From positions 977,103 through 1,041,102 of the forward strand of contig OZ220488.1 of the NCBI GenBank assembly GCA_965116155.1: a DNA stretch of 64,000 nt, given 5' to 3'. Positions 27,716-36,690 of this stretch are shown here, in pieces; the first letter of the stretch is position 1; the number at the start of each line of letters is the position of its first letter. Below the pieces are notes generated by a model. It made no database searches. It was given only the letters and a program-made list of their open reading frames with translations, and was not told where the DNA came from. The translations under genes and the position numbers were made by a program. Origin of the DNA: Bdellovibrionales bacterium (GTDB taxonomy: Bacteria; Bdellovibrionota; Bdellovibrionia; Bdellovibrionales; UBA1609).

Positions 27716-28398
27716 CTTTGCGTAAGCATAAAAGTGCCAGCAAAAATGTGTGAGCATAAAAGTGTTAGTGAGGGCGCTCGCACGTGCTGGATAGCTTCTG
27801 ACTTCAGCCCTACGCAGTCCAGCTGATAACGAAGGGCCCCGCAGGGGAACGAAGCGTCCAAACTCACTTCAAAGGCAGGGAGGCTGCGCTTCATACTCAA
27901 GTTTTCCATAGCGTTAAGACAATCTGGCAGGTCAGGTCACGCCTGGTTTTTTCGCGATCAATAAAGCCCGGCCGCAGGCGACATTACTTGTCTCAATTTA
28001 CCTACAATTGCACTTGCGAGTACGGGCTTAGACCTAACCTGCAGGGCCATAGATAGCTGCATAGACCGCCAAAACACCTTGTTATTCCACTTGCCTGAAG
28101 CGCCTGAAGGCACTTTACCAGGCTGCGCTTCATACTCAAGTTTTCCATAGCGTTAAGACAATCTGGCAGGTCAGGTCACGCCTGGTTTTTTCGCGATCAA
28201 TAAAGCCCGGCCGCAGGCGACATTACTTGTCTCAATTTACCTACAATTGCACTTGCGAGTACGGGCTTAGACCTAACCTGCAGGGCCATAGATAGCTGCA
28301 TAGACCGCCAAAACACCTTGTTATTCCACTTGCCTGAAGCGCCTGAAGGCACTTTACCAGGCTGCGCTTCATACTCAAGGTGTTTTGGCTAGTCTGTA
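27716..28398. repeat. Mosaic hairpin-repeat array containing a perfect 2 x 239 bp tandem duplication
   Basis: Units 27882-28120 and 28121-28359 look identical by eye. Each holds a long-hairpin module (27924-28063, 28163-28302). The array ends in CAAGGTGTTTTGGCTAGTCTGTAA, which encodes the last residues of the S41 protease. Confidence 0.95.
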
Positions 28399-30534
28399 AA
28401 GATCTCTCGCGATGTTGATGGCTTCTTGGATGCGGGCCTGCTCCATGTACTCTTTGTCTCGATCGGCTTGCTCACGTTTGTACTTTTGAGCACTCGTCAA
28501 AGAGGCACGCTGTTGCTTGGTTTTTTTCTTTTTGCTCTTTGCCTTTTGGTCGTCCTCTTTTAGCTCTTTTAAGATTTCGGACAAATAAATAAATTTAGCC
28601 CTTTTTTTGTTTTTGTCTTTTTTTACCTGGGTTAAGATTTTTTTAAATTTTTTGTCCTGCTTTAACCTTTTGCGCGAAGCCGCTTTTAGTTTAGACACCA
28701 CGGCTCGGCTTAGCTTTTGCCAGGTGGGCTTTCTATGCTCGGCCTTATCCACAAAACTTGCGATTCTGGCAGACCCTAACACATAATCCAAACTCTGCTC
28801 GCCCCATTTGCTCATAGCATCATAACGGCTAGGCAAAACCACATCACCCATAACTCCCACATTTTGTGTAGACTGCCCACCTGCTGTAAAAAATAAGCCC
28901 GAAGTCACTTTTAAGGCCCCCAGCTTACCCTTAGGGCAACCCACGGCATTTACCTCCTGCACACTGCCCTTGCCAAAAGTGCGCGCACTGCCCACCACCA
29001 AGGCGCGGCCGTAATCACGCAAAGTGCCCGCCACAATCTCACTCGCACTAGCGCTGCCACGAGAGGTCAGCACCACCAATGGGCCCGACCACACCACATC
29101 GGCGTCTTTATCCAAGTAGTCTATATATTTGTAACGCACCTCCTTAGAGCGCCGACGCGTTTTTTGCCTCTGCGACTGCTTTACGACATTGGGTTTGCGC
29201 AAAAACAAACCCGCCACCTTAACGGCTTCGTCTAACAACCCACCACCATTAAAAGACACATCCAGCACCACCGCCTTAGCGCCCCGCAACTTTGCCGCTT
29301 GAAGCAATTTGCGCACATCTTTCGACGCTGCTACATCACGCGAACCCTGATAAAAAGACGGCAAATCAATCACCGCCACACTGACCTCTTGGCCACCCAG
29401 CTTGCGCGTACGGTAATGCACCTTGGCCCGCTGCTCCTCGAGGCTGATTTTTTTGCGGGTTAACGCAATAACAAACTGCTCAGGACCTTTGTCTGTTGTG
29501 CGCAAAATACCCAGCCGCACCACCGTGCCAGCAGGGCCACGGATTTTTTTAACCACATCATTCAAGTCTACGTCCCGCACTAGCTCCATAGGGCCACTCA
29601 CCCCCTGACCCACTTGCACGATTTTATCCTCTGCCTCCATTTGGCCCGACTCCATAGCCGCGCCCCCCGGCAACAAACGGTTTACAACCGTAAAGCCATC
29701 CTGAAAACTCAACTCCGCCCCAATTCCAGAAAGCGACAGCTGTGTGTTAATTTGCAAAGACTCCAGATCAGACTGTGTCATATACAAAGAGTGCGGATCC
29801 AAGGCCTTTGTAAAAGCCTGCAAATACGACTCGAGCAGCACTTGGCCAGAGGCGTCCTTTTGAGCCTTTTGCAGCATGCGCTCGTAGCGCCTTAAAATTC
29901 TGCCTTTAACTTTTTTCAGCTCATCGCCCGACGCCACCAGCTGAGCCACCAATAACTGCAAGTTGCGCCTAGTCTCTAGCCTCTGCACCGATACCGTTTT
30001 AGGCCACTGGCGATCCTTAGTATCTAGCAAAACACGGGTCCTAGGCTCCAAACGAAAAGTCTCCGGCGCCAGCTCCCGACGCACAAAGTTCACCACCTCT
30101 TGTAGGCGCTTTACATAAAGAGCATGCACCTTTTGCAAAACGGAGCAGTTTTTTCTGTCAACCTGCGCAAACACCCCTCGCATCCATTTGCGCACCTGCC
30201 TAGTATCGCTTTTTAAAAAAAACCTTTTCGAAGGGTCTAGGTGATCAATATAACGCTCAATGGTGCGGTTCTCTAGCTCTGTATTAAGGCCCACAAAACT
30301 CACATGCCGCGACAGGGCTTCGGATTTAATATATTTGACCGAAGCGCAAGAGAGCTCCCTTTGTTCCACCGGGCACATAAAGCTAAGGCTCTTGGCAATA
30401 GCCGACAAGGCCTGAGCCTCAGCGCGCGCACCAAAAGCCCCAAGGCTTAAAAAGAGCATGCAAGTGGCAAAAAACACCCACCAGTTGCGTGCCTTACGTC
30501 CAAACCCCATAGCCCTTACAGCACCATCCAACAC
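28375..30534 (-). CDS. prc: carboxy-terminal processing (tail-specific) protease, S41 family
   Basis: PDZ-like region followed by the S41 catalytic region (LTSRGSASASEIVAG, Ser; FGKGSVQ, Lys) and a lysine-rich C-terminal extension. Confidence 0.8.
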   Translation of the reverse strand: MLDGAVRAMGFGRKARNWWVFFATCMLFLSLGAFGARAEAQALSAIAKSLSFMCPVEQRELSCASVKYIKSEALSRHVSFVGLNTELENRTIERYIDHLDPSKRFFLKSDTRQVRKWMRGVFAQVDRKNCSVLQKVHALYVKRLQEVVNFVRRELAPETFRLEPRTRVLLDTKDRQWPKTVSVQRLETRRNLQLLVAQLVASGDELKKVKGRILRRYERMLQKAQKDASGQVLLESYLQAFTKALDPHSLYMTQSDLESLQINTQLSLSGIGAELSFQDGFTVVNRLLPGGAAMESGQMEAEDKIVQVGQGVSGPMELVRDVDLNDVVKKIRGPAGTVVRLGILRTTDKGPEQFVIALTRKKISLEEQRAKVHYRTRKLGGQEVSVAVIDLPSFYQGSRDVAASKDVRKLLQAAKLRGAKAVVLDVSFNGGGLLDEAVKVAGLFLRKPNVVKQSQRQKTRRRSKEVRYKYIDYLDKDADVVWSGPLVVLTSRGSASASEIVAGTLRDYGRALVVGSARTFGKGSVQEVNAVGCPKGKLGALKVTSGLFFTAGGQSTQNVGVMGDVVLPSRYDAMSKWGEQSLDYVLGSARIASFVDKAEHRKPTWQKLSRAVVSKLKAASRKRLKQDKKFKKILTQVKKDKNKKRAKFIYLSEILKELKEDDQKAKSKKKKTKQQRASLTSAQKYKREQADRDKEYMEQARIQEAINIARDLYRLAKTP

Positions 30535-30644
30535 AGCATACTCCTTGAAAACACCACCTGTACCACATCAGTATACCCGCACAAACACAAAAGCGCACGA
30601 GGCTGTGACGGCAATCTAGCAGATCATACGAGCCTCAGACACAA

Positions 30645-30947
30645 TGTTTCCATAGCGTTAAGACAGTCTGGTCGCGATAGGCCTAAAGATCACCTATCGC
30701 TACAGGCTCATAGATAGCTGTCTAGCGCGCAATATTACCTTGAAGCCTACGTTTGCCATCTTGGCTAATGCCCTATGGGCAGCCAAGATGGCTGCACTCT
30801 CAGGTTCAAGGGTAACATTGCTGGCGCTTTTATGCTTACGCCAGCTGCATAGACCGCCAAAACACCTTTTTATTCCGCTGGCCTGGCGCACCTAAAGGCG
30901 CTTGACCAGGCTGCACTTCATGCTAAGGTGTTTTGGCTAGTCTTTAA
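30645..30947. repeat. Mosaic hairpin-repeat array
   Basis: CCATAGCGTTAAGACAGTCTGG + short hairpin + CAGGCTCATAGATAGCTGTCTAGCGCGC + GCCATCTTGGCT...AGCCAAGATGGC hairpin + TTTTATGCTTACGCC + CCAAAACACC...GGTGTTTTGGCTAGTCTTTAA. The final TTA is the ybgF stop. Confidence 0.85.
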
Positions 30948-31675
30948 TTATTTAAGCTAAGCTGGTACTCAGCTTTTTTTTCCCACCGAGACCGCGGGTA
31001 TTTTAGTATTACCTCTTCGTAGCTCTTTTTGGCTTGATCGATAAAGCCGATTTTTTCAAAACTCACACCCAATCTGTAAGTAACTTTATCCAACATGCGC
31101 CCTTGAGGGTGTTGCAATTTATACTGCTCATAAGCCTCAATAGCTTCAGCCCACTTTTGCTGCTTAAATGCACGCTCGCCCCGAGCGTAAGGCCCTAAAC
31201 GCAAGCCACCCTTTTTTTGGGGTACAGCCTTCGCCACCCGCTTGGTGCCAGATTTTTTTTTAAGCCGCGCGCTTGTGCCGCTGGCTTTGTTGCCGGATTT
31301 TAAACCCTCCAGTTTGGTGTCTAAATCTAACAAGGCTTTTTCAAAAAGCTCTAATTTATCTTTAATGCCCTGCAAGTCTGTTGCTTGCTGCGACTCTTGC
31401 AACTGCCTCAGCTTTTGCTCCAACACCTGCACCCGGCCCACTAGCTCACGCCAACGCTGATTAGAACTTTGTAGCTCAGACTTTAAACGCGCCTGGGTTT
31501 TGCCGGCAGCAGGCTCATCACCCCTTGCTAGCACAGTGCCCCGCGCAGCCCCCTCAGGCAGCTGCACCTCTAAAGCAGACCGCTCTCCCTTTTGCAACCT
31601 TTGCTTCAAACTCGACAAGCAACCTGTTGCTCCAAAAACCACCGCCACCACCAGAAGCATCTTGCGCCCAAGCAC
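30944..31675 (-). CDS. ybgF: Tol-Pal system protein YbgF/CpoB-like
   Basis: Lipoprotein-type signal (GATGC), N-terminal coiled coil, and C-terminal TPR-like region (YEQYKLQHPQG...YRLGVSFEKIG...ILKYPRS). Sits downstream of pal. Confidence 0.65.
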   Translation of the reverse strand: MLGRKMLLVVAVVFGATGCLSSLKQRLQKGERSALEVQLPEGAARGTVLARGDEPAAGKTQARLKSELQSSNQRWRELVGRVQVLEQKLRQLQESQQATDLQGIKDKLELFEKALLDLDTKLEGLKSGNKASGTSARLKKKSGTKRVAKAVPQKKGGLRLGPYARGERAFKQQKWAEAIEAYEQYKLQHPQGRMLDKVTYRLGVSFEKIGFIDQAKKSYEEVILKYPRSRWEKKAEYQLSLNN

Positions 31676-31971
31676 TATATGCCCCCCTCTTTAACCTTTT
31701 TTAGCCTGCTGTGATTCTCTGCCGCCTCAAATCTGAACCTAGCTTGCTTAAAAAAAGCCCGCGCCACCTTGTATTGCCTGTGGTTAAAAGCCACCTCCGC
31801 CTTAGTGTAAAGTTTTTCGCCCTCTAGCCATAATCGTGGTGCCGCCACCCGAGCGCCCGACACCACCGCCGCCTGACGCGCTGTGCGTGCCAAAACATAA
31901 TCCGAGCGCGAAGGCGCGCCCGCACAGCTCACAACACCCAGCAACAATACAGCTAATACACCCCGCAGCAT
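31675..31971 (-). CDS. small lipoprotein (DUF4398-like)
   Basis: Start trimmed to ATG 31971, giving the lipobox LLGVVSC. The helical remainder (YTKAEVAFNHRQYKVARAFFKQARFRFEAAE) resembles DUF4398. Confidence 0.5.
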   Translation of the reverse strand: MLRGVLAVLLLGVVSCAGAPSRSDYVLARTARQAAVVSGARVAAPRLWLEGEKLYTKAEVAFNHRQYKVARAFFKQARFRFEAAENHSRLKKVKEGGI

Positions 31972-31987
31972 AACACCGCCAAGGGCA

Positions 31988-32503
31988 TTACCGGGGCAAG
32001 GGTACGAAATTGACTCTGCGGTTCTGAGCATGGTCAGCCTCAGTACTGCCATTAGACAGCAGCCTTTCTTTACCATAGCTAATGGTCTGCAAACGCTCCC
32101 CTGCAACACCTAGCTCGATCATGTAGTTTCTTACCATTTCGGCACGGCGTTGCCCCAAAGACAAATTGTACTGCGAGGATCCCCGCTCGTCACAATGCCC
32201 CTCGAGCTGCAAGTTTTGGCCTGTATTATTCTCTAACCACAAGACGTTCTCTTTTAAAATACCCCGCGCAACAATGCTAATATCCGACCTATCGTACGCA
32301 AAATTCACCGTACGCAAACCCTCTATCGCACCCGAGTCACTGCCTTGCAGGCCCATGGCATCATCCTGAGCCGCAGAAAAAGCCCCCCCTCCGGTATCTT
32401 TAGGAGCACTCGAACACCCCAGCACAAAAAATCCTGCACACAGCAGCAGCATGCCAGATTTTAAAACTTTCCCTAAACCCCACGGGCAACAGGCTTGCAG
32501 CAT
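31988..32503 (-). CDS. pal: peptidoglycan-associated lipoprotein (OmpA-family C-terminal domain)
   Basis: ATG 32503 preceded by AAGGAG. Lipobox FVLGCSS. OmpA-like motifs (FAYDRSDI, LEGHCDERGSSQYNLSLGQRRA). Confidence 0.8.
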   Translation of the reverse strand: MLQACCPWGLGKVLKSGMLLLCAGFFVLGCSSAPKDTGGGAFSAAQDDAMGLQGSDSGAIEGLRTVNFAYDRSDISIVARGILKENVLWLENNTGQNLQLEGHCDERGSSQYNLSLGQRRAEMVRNYMIELGVAGERLQTISYGKERLLSNGSTEADHAQNRRVNFVPLPR

Positions 32504-32610
32504 AAAAAAGCTCCTTTCTTCCACACGTCTCAAAAAAACTCCACCCAAATTTTAAAAGGCTTAGCCACTAATAGCAAGTTCGCTTTACATGCGTTAGCCG
32601 AAAACTGTAC

Positions 32611-33642
32611 ATGGCTTTTATGCTTGTTTTGGGGATCGAAACCAGTTGCGACGACACCAGCGTAGCAATCGTCAACCAAAACCACCAGGTGCTGGCCCAA
32701 GTCTCTCAGCACCAAAACCTCACCCATGCTCCTTTTAAGGGAGTTCTCCCCGAACTCGCAAGCCGCCAGCATGCCATGCGCCTAGTGCCACAAGTGCACG
32801 AGTGCCTCAAGCTCGCAGGACTCCAAATCTCCCAACTAGACGCCATTGTGGCCACATCCCGACCCGGCCTGCTAGGCTCCCTAATTGTAGGAGTGCTAAC
32901 AGCCAAAACCCTCGCTTTTGCTACGGGCAAAGCCTTTTTGGGCGTCAATCACATGGAGGCCCATGTGCTGAGCATGTTCTTGCGCGACTCCCAATACGCA
33001 CCCCCCGCAGGTTGGCGTTTTCCCTACTGCGTACTAGCCGCCAGCGGAGGGCATACGCACCTCGTCTACGCCCGGGGCATTGGGCAGTACCAGCTCCTAG
33101 GACGCACGCTAGATGATGCGGCAGGAGAGGCTTTTGACAAATTTGGTAAACTGCTTGGGCTCGGCTTTCCTGCCGGGCCCTTGGTAGATCAGCTCGCACA
33201 AAGCGGCGACCCAAAGGCCTATGAACTCCCCCGCCCCCTTATGCAAAAATCCAACTACGATTTTAGTTTTTCAGGCCTTAAAGCCTCGGCGGCTAGGCTC
33301 ATAGAAACACTCACCCCAAAAGAAATCGAGCAACACAAGCACCACCTGTGCGCCAGCTTTCAGCAAGCGGTTGTGGATGTCTTACTACACAAACTCTACA
33401 AGGCTGCCGAGGAGCTCAAGGCCCAGCGCGTCGCTATAGTGGGAGGGGTCAGCGCCAATCAAGGGCTCAGGGCACAAGCTGCAGAAAAAGCGGCGTGTCA
33501 TAACAGGCTGCTAGCCGTGCCACCCTTGCGCTACTGCACGGACAACGCCGCCATGGTGGCACTAACAGGCTTGGAGCATTTAGCCTTGGGCGAAACCTCT
33601 CCCTTAGACCTTAAGCCTCTTGCGCGATCACAATTAGATTAG
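32611..33642 (+). CDS. tsaD: tRNA N6-adenosine threonylcarbamoyltransferase
   Basis: LGIETSCDDTSVAIV N-terminus, GVNHMEAH metal motif and GGVSAN motif. Confidence 0.9.
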   Translation: MAFMLVLGIETSCDDTSVAIVNQNHQVLAQVSQHQNLTHAPFKGVLPELASRQHAMRLVPQVHECLKLAGLQISQLDAIVATSRPGLLGSLIVGVLTAKTLAFATGKAFLGVNHMEAHVLSMFLRDSQYAPPAGWRFPYCVLAASGGHTHLVYARGIGQYQLLGRTLDDAAGEAFDKFGKLLGLGFPAGPLVDQLAQSGDPKAYELPRPLMQKSNYDFSFSGLKASAARLIETLTPKEIEQHKHHLCASFQQAVVDVLLHKLYKAAEELKAQRVAIVGGVSANQGLRAQAAEKAACHNRLLAVPPLRYCTDNAAMVALTGLEHLALGETSPLDLKPLARSQLD

Positions 33643-33654
33643 TAAACCTGGCTT

Positions 33655-34530
33655 GTGTTTGAAGGCATCATTACAGCCCTAGCCACTCCCTTTAAAGAAG
33701 ACGGCAGCTTCGATCCGGAGTCCTTTAAGCGCCTACTCCAATTACAGGTTAACGGGGGGGTGAAGAACTTTGTCGTTAATGGCACAACAGGCGAAAGCCC
33801 CTGTCTGAGCTGGCAAGAGGTGCGCTCCATGTGCGAACTAGTACGCAGCGAGGTGCCACAGAGCCGTATCATTTTAGGTGCCGGTAGCAACTGCACACAA
33901 AAAACCATACACAATGCTAAACAAGCCTTGGGCATGCATGTAGACGGCTTGCTGCTCGTAACCCCCTACTACAACAAACCTACCCAAGCGGGTTTGGTGG
34001 AACATTTTTTAGCTGTAGCCCGCAGCACTCCTTTGCCTATTGTGCTGTACAATGTGCCGGGCCGCACCCTTTGCCACATAGAGGCAGAAACTCTTATTAC
34101 ACTTGCACACGAGCCTAACATCGTGGGTGTTAAAGAGGCCAGTGGCACAACAGAGCTGCTGCGGCATGCCCGGCTTAAGTGCCCTAATACGTTTAAATTT
34201 TTAAGCGGCGACGATCCTAGCTGCGTGGAGTTTTGTTTGGCAGGAGGGTGCGGCGCGATTTCGGTTTTGTCTAATATTTTACCCTCAAAACTAAAGGACT
34301 TTTATGAGGCCGCCATTATGCGCGACCTCGTGCGCACAAATGCTTATACCCAATATGGCAATATCAATGCTTTGCTGTTTTGCGAAACCAATCCCATACC
34401 TGTAAAAATGGCCCTTCACAAAATGAGAGTGTTTAGCACTCCCAATATGCGCCTGCCTTTGGTGCGCATGTCAGAGCCCGCTACTACAAAGCTGGTGCAA
34501 GAACTTAAAACACTGGGCCTTGTACCATGA
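33655..34530 (+). CDS. dapA: 4-hydroxy-tetrahydrodipicolinate synthase
   Basis: ALATPF...VNGTTGES...YYNKP...YNVPGRT motifs. GTG start. Followed by dapB. Confidence 0.9.
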   Translation: MFEGIITALATPFKEDGSFDPESFKRLLQLQVNGGVKNFVVNGTTGESPCLSWQEVRSMCELVRSEVPQSRIILGAGSNCTQKTIHNAKQALGMHVDGLLLVTPYYNKPTQAGLVEHFLAVARSTPLPIVLYNVPGRTLCHIEAETLITLAHEPNIVGVKEASGTTELLRHARLKCPNTFKFLSGDDPSCVEFCLAGGCGAISVLSNILPSKLKDFYEAAIMRDLVRTNAYTQYGNINALLFCETNPIPVKMALHKMRVFSTPNMRLPLVRMSEPATTKLVQELKTLGLVP

Positions 34531-35246
34531 GCCAAGAGGGTGCTGTTTTACCTATTGTTTTACCTATTGTTTTGTCGGGCGCAACGGGGCGCATGGGCAA
34601 AAGCATAAAGCACTGTGCCCCTAAAATGCACGCGCGCATTGTTTTAGAGCTCAGCCGCTCTAAGCCGCCTAGTGCTTGTGCAGGTTTTAAGCCCACGCCT
34701 GGCATGGTGGTGGTGGATTTTTCTTTGCCACAAGCTTTTGCAGGGGTGTTGGAGTTTTGCCTAAAACACTCTTTGGCTTTAGTGAGCGGTACAACGGGTT
34801 TAAACGCCGAGCAGATGAGCCACATGCGACAAGCCGCTAAAACCCTGCCCTTGTTATGGGCGCCCAATATGAGCCTCGGCATACACTGGCTTAAGCAAGT
34901 GGCCCAAAAATACTCTTTGTTAAAGGGCTCGGGGTTTAGATTTTTAATAGAAGAAACCCATCACGTGCATAAAAAAGACTCCCCCAGCGGGACGGCGCTT
35001 TTTTTAAAGCAAAGCCTTAAAGAGCACATAGGTGATATGCCTATTGAGGCCCACCGCCAAGGCGAGTGCTTGGGCGAACACAGTATCAAGGCAATAAGTT
35101 CGGATGAAGAAATCACCATCACACACAGGGCCCTAAGCCGCGGGCTTTTTGCATGTGGCGCTTTAAAAGCCGCGCACTGGATTAGCGAAAAAAAACCCGG
35201 CACCTACACCATAGACCAAATGCTTGAGCAAGCTCACAAAAGGTAA
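34527..35246 (+). CDS. dapB: 4-hydroxy-tetrahydrodipicolinate reductase
   Basis: GATGRMG dinucleotide-binding motif and E-HH-KKDSPSGTA catalytic motif. ATGA overlap with dapA. Carries a 12-bp tandem duplication near the N-terminus. Confidence 0.8.
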   Translation: MSQEGAVLPIVLPIVLSGATGRMGKSIKHCAPKMHARIVLELSRSKPPSACAGFKPTPGMVVVDFSLPQAFAGVLEFCLKHSLALVSGTTGLNAEQMSHMRQAAKTLPLLWAPNMSLGIHWLKQVAQKYSLLKGSGFRFLIEETHHVHKKDSPSGTALFLKQSLKEHIGDMPIEAHRQGECLGEHSIKAISSDEEITITHRALSRGLFACGALKAAHWISEKKPGTYTIDQMLEQAHKR

Positions 35247-35251
35247 CACGT

Positions 35252-35902
35252 ATGCTGTTTTATATTGATAGCGCTAACTTAGCAGACATCAAGCAAGCCA
35301 AAAAAAACCACCTGCTCGATGGAGTAACCACTAACCCCAGCCTAATAGCTAAAGCCGGCACAGATCCACAAAAGCTTTTAAAAAGCATTTGTGACACCTG
35401 TGCGCCCTTACCAGTTTCGGTAGAGGTGCTTAGCACCGACACACAGGGCATGTTGCGCGAGGCGGAGCGTTTTTGCCAAATGGCTTCTAATGTGGTGATT
35501 AAAATCCCTATGACCTTGCCTGGCATGGAGGCGGTGCGGGTACTAGCTCATAAGGGTATTAAAACCAATGTCACCCTTGTGTTTAATGTGCTGCAGGCTC
35601 TTTTGGCGGCGCGTGCAGGAGCTACAATGGTGTCGCCATTTGTGGGGCGCCTGGACGACACAGGCACAGATGGCATGCAGCTTGTGGAGGAGATTTTGCT
35701 TTGTTACCAAAACTACGCCCTTAAGACCCAAGTGTTGGTGGCTAGTGTGCGCCATGTGGGGCACCTTAAGCAGGCGGCTCTTTTGGGGGCTCATATTGCA
35801 ACAGTGCCGTTTAAACTTATGCAAAGTTTGGCTAAGCACCCCCTTAGTGACTCTGGTTTGGAGCGCTTTTTAAAAGATGCTAAGCGTTTTTCAAAAAACT
35901 AA
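35252..35902 (+). CDS. transaldolase-family enzyme (type 3B / fructose-6-phosphate aldolase-like)
   Basis: 216 aa. FYIDSANL...GVTTNPSL...IKIPMT...SPFVGR motifs. Confidence 0.85.
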   Translation: MLFYIDSANLADIKQAKKNHLLDGVTTNPSLIAKAGTDPQKLLKSICDTCAPLPVSVEVLSTDTQGMLREAERFCQMASNVVIKIPMTLPGMEAVRVLAHKGIKTNVTLVFNVLQALLAARAGATMVSPFVGRLDDTGTDGMQLVEEILLCYQNYALKTQVLVASVRHVGHLKQAALLGAHIATVPFKLMQSLAKHPLSDSGLERFLKDAKRFSKN

Positions 35903-35933
35903 CGCCAAAGCCGCGCATTTTTTGAGCCCTCAC

Positions 35934-36605
35934 ATGCTACAGATCAGTGCATGGGCGCGAAGGTGCCTTAAGTGCGGCACCCTTTGGGGAGAGTCGGATC
36001 CTTTTTGTAAAGTATGTTGGCAGGTTGTTCTTATGCATCAATTGCATAAAAAAAACCAAGCTCGCCTGCCGCAAATGCATAGAAAGGATTTTTTATTTGT
36101 GTACGATGACGCTGCAGCAGATGTTAAAGGCTTGCTGCTATACCTTAAAAACTTTTCCCATAGTACGGCTTATATCAGACTGGCGTCACACTTTGTGCCG
36201 GGGGAGGATTTTTTTTATCAGCTTGAGCAAAGGCCACGCGCGAAATTGTGGTTCATAGCTCCGCCTGCACAGACGGAGGGCGGAGGCAGCCATGCTCAAG
36301 AGTGGGCTAAGGCTTTAGCCCATAATTACGGTGGAGAGTTTTGCCATGACCTGTTGCAATACACCGAGCGGCGCGTATCGCAAAAACTACTTACCAAAAA
36401 GGCGCGCCAGGGTCTTAGGTTTAAACGCACTGGCCGTTTCCCCGGTTCGCTAGAAGAGGATGTGGTTATTTTTTGTGACGACCTACTTACAACGGGATCC
36501 AGCGCCCATGCCGCCTGGCTCGCCCTCAACAAACCTCCGCACTTTTTTGCTTGGACCATCGCATTTAGGCAATTACAGACTAGCCAAAACACCTTGAGCA
36601 TGTAG
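35934..36605 (+). CDS. ComF-family phosphoribosyltransferase-like protein
   Basis: N-terminal Cys pairs (CLKCG...CKVCW) and a C-terminal PRTase-type loop (VVIFCDDLLTTGSS). The last ~10 residues (QTSQNTLSM) are read from a repeat terminus. Confidence 0.6.
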   Translation: MLQISAWARRCLKCGTLWGESDPFCKVCWQVVLMHQLHKKNQARLPQMHRKDFLFVYDDAAADVKGLLLYLKNFSHSTAYIRLASHFVPGEDFFYQLEQRPRAKLWFIAPPAQTEGGGSHAQEWAKALAHNYGGEFCHDLLQYTERRVSQKLLTKKARQGLRFKRTGRFPGSLEEDVVIFCDDLLTTGSSAHAAWLALNKPPHFFAWTIAFRQLQTSQNTLSM

Positions 36606-36690
36606 TGCAGCCGCCTTGGCAGTCCCTGCAAGGGGCGCCAGCCAAGGTGGTGCGCGGAATATTATCAAGGTGTTTTGGCTAGTCTTTAAA
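36573..36690. repeat. Compact complete repeat element (118 bp) with TTACAGACTAGCCAAAACACCTTG / CAAGGTGTTTTGGCTAGTCTTTAA inverted termini
   Basis: It spans the gap between convergent genes. The inner hairpin is GCCGCCTTGGC AGTCCCTGCAAGGGGCGCC AGCCAAGGTGG. The right-hand TTA is the stop of 36686-38458. Confidence 0.85.

Noticed and set aside
27924-27945. The CTGGCAGGTCAGGTCACG segment of the long-hairpin module as SRP (4.5S) RNA domain IV, which contains CCAGGTCAGGTCCGGAAGGAAGCAGCC.
   Set aside because: Similarity stops after GGTCAGGTC. The GGAA/GNAR loop and conserved symmetric-loop residues are absent, and the module is multi-copy in both orientations.
31972-32109. The long N-terminal extension of ORF 31675-32109, which overlaps the pal gene.
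   Set aside because: An internal ATG at 31971 yields a clean lipoprotein signal peptide and removes the overlap. Similar trimming was applied at 4462, 21292, 27592, 32503, 35934, 50904, 51686, 52368, 57890 and 62621.
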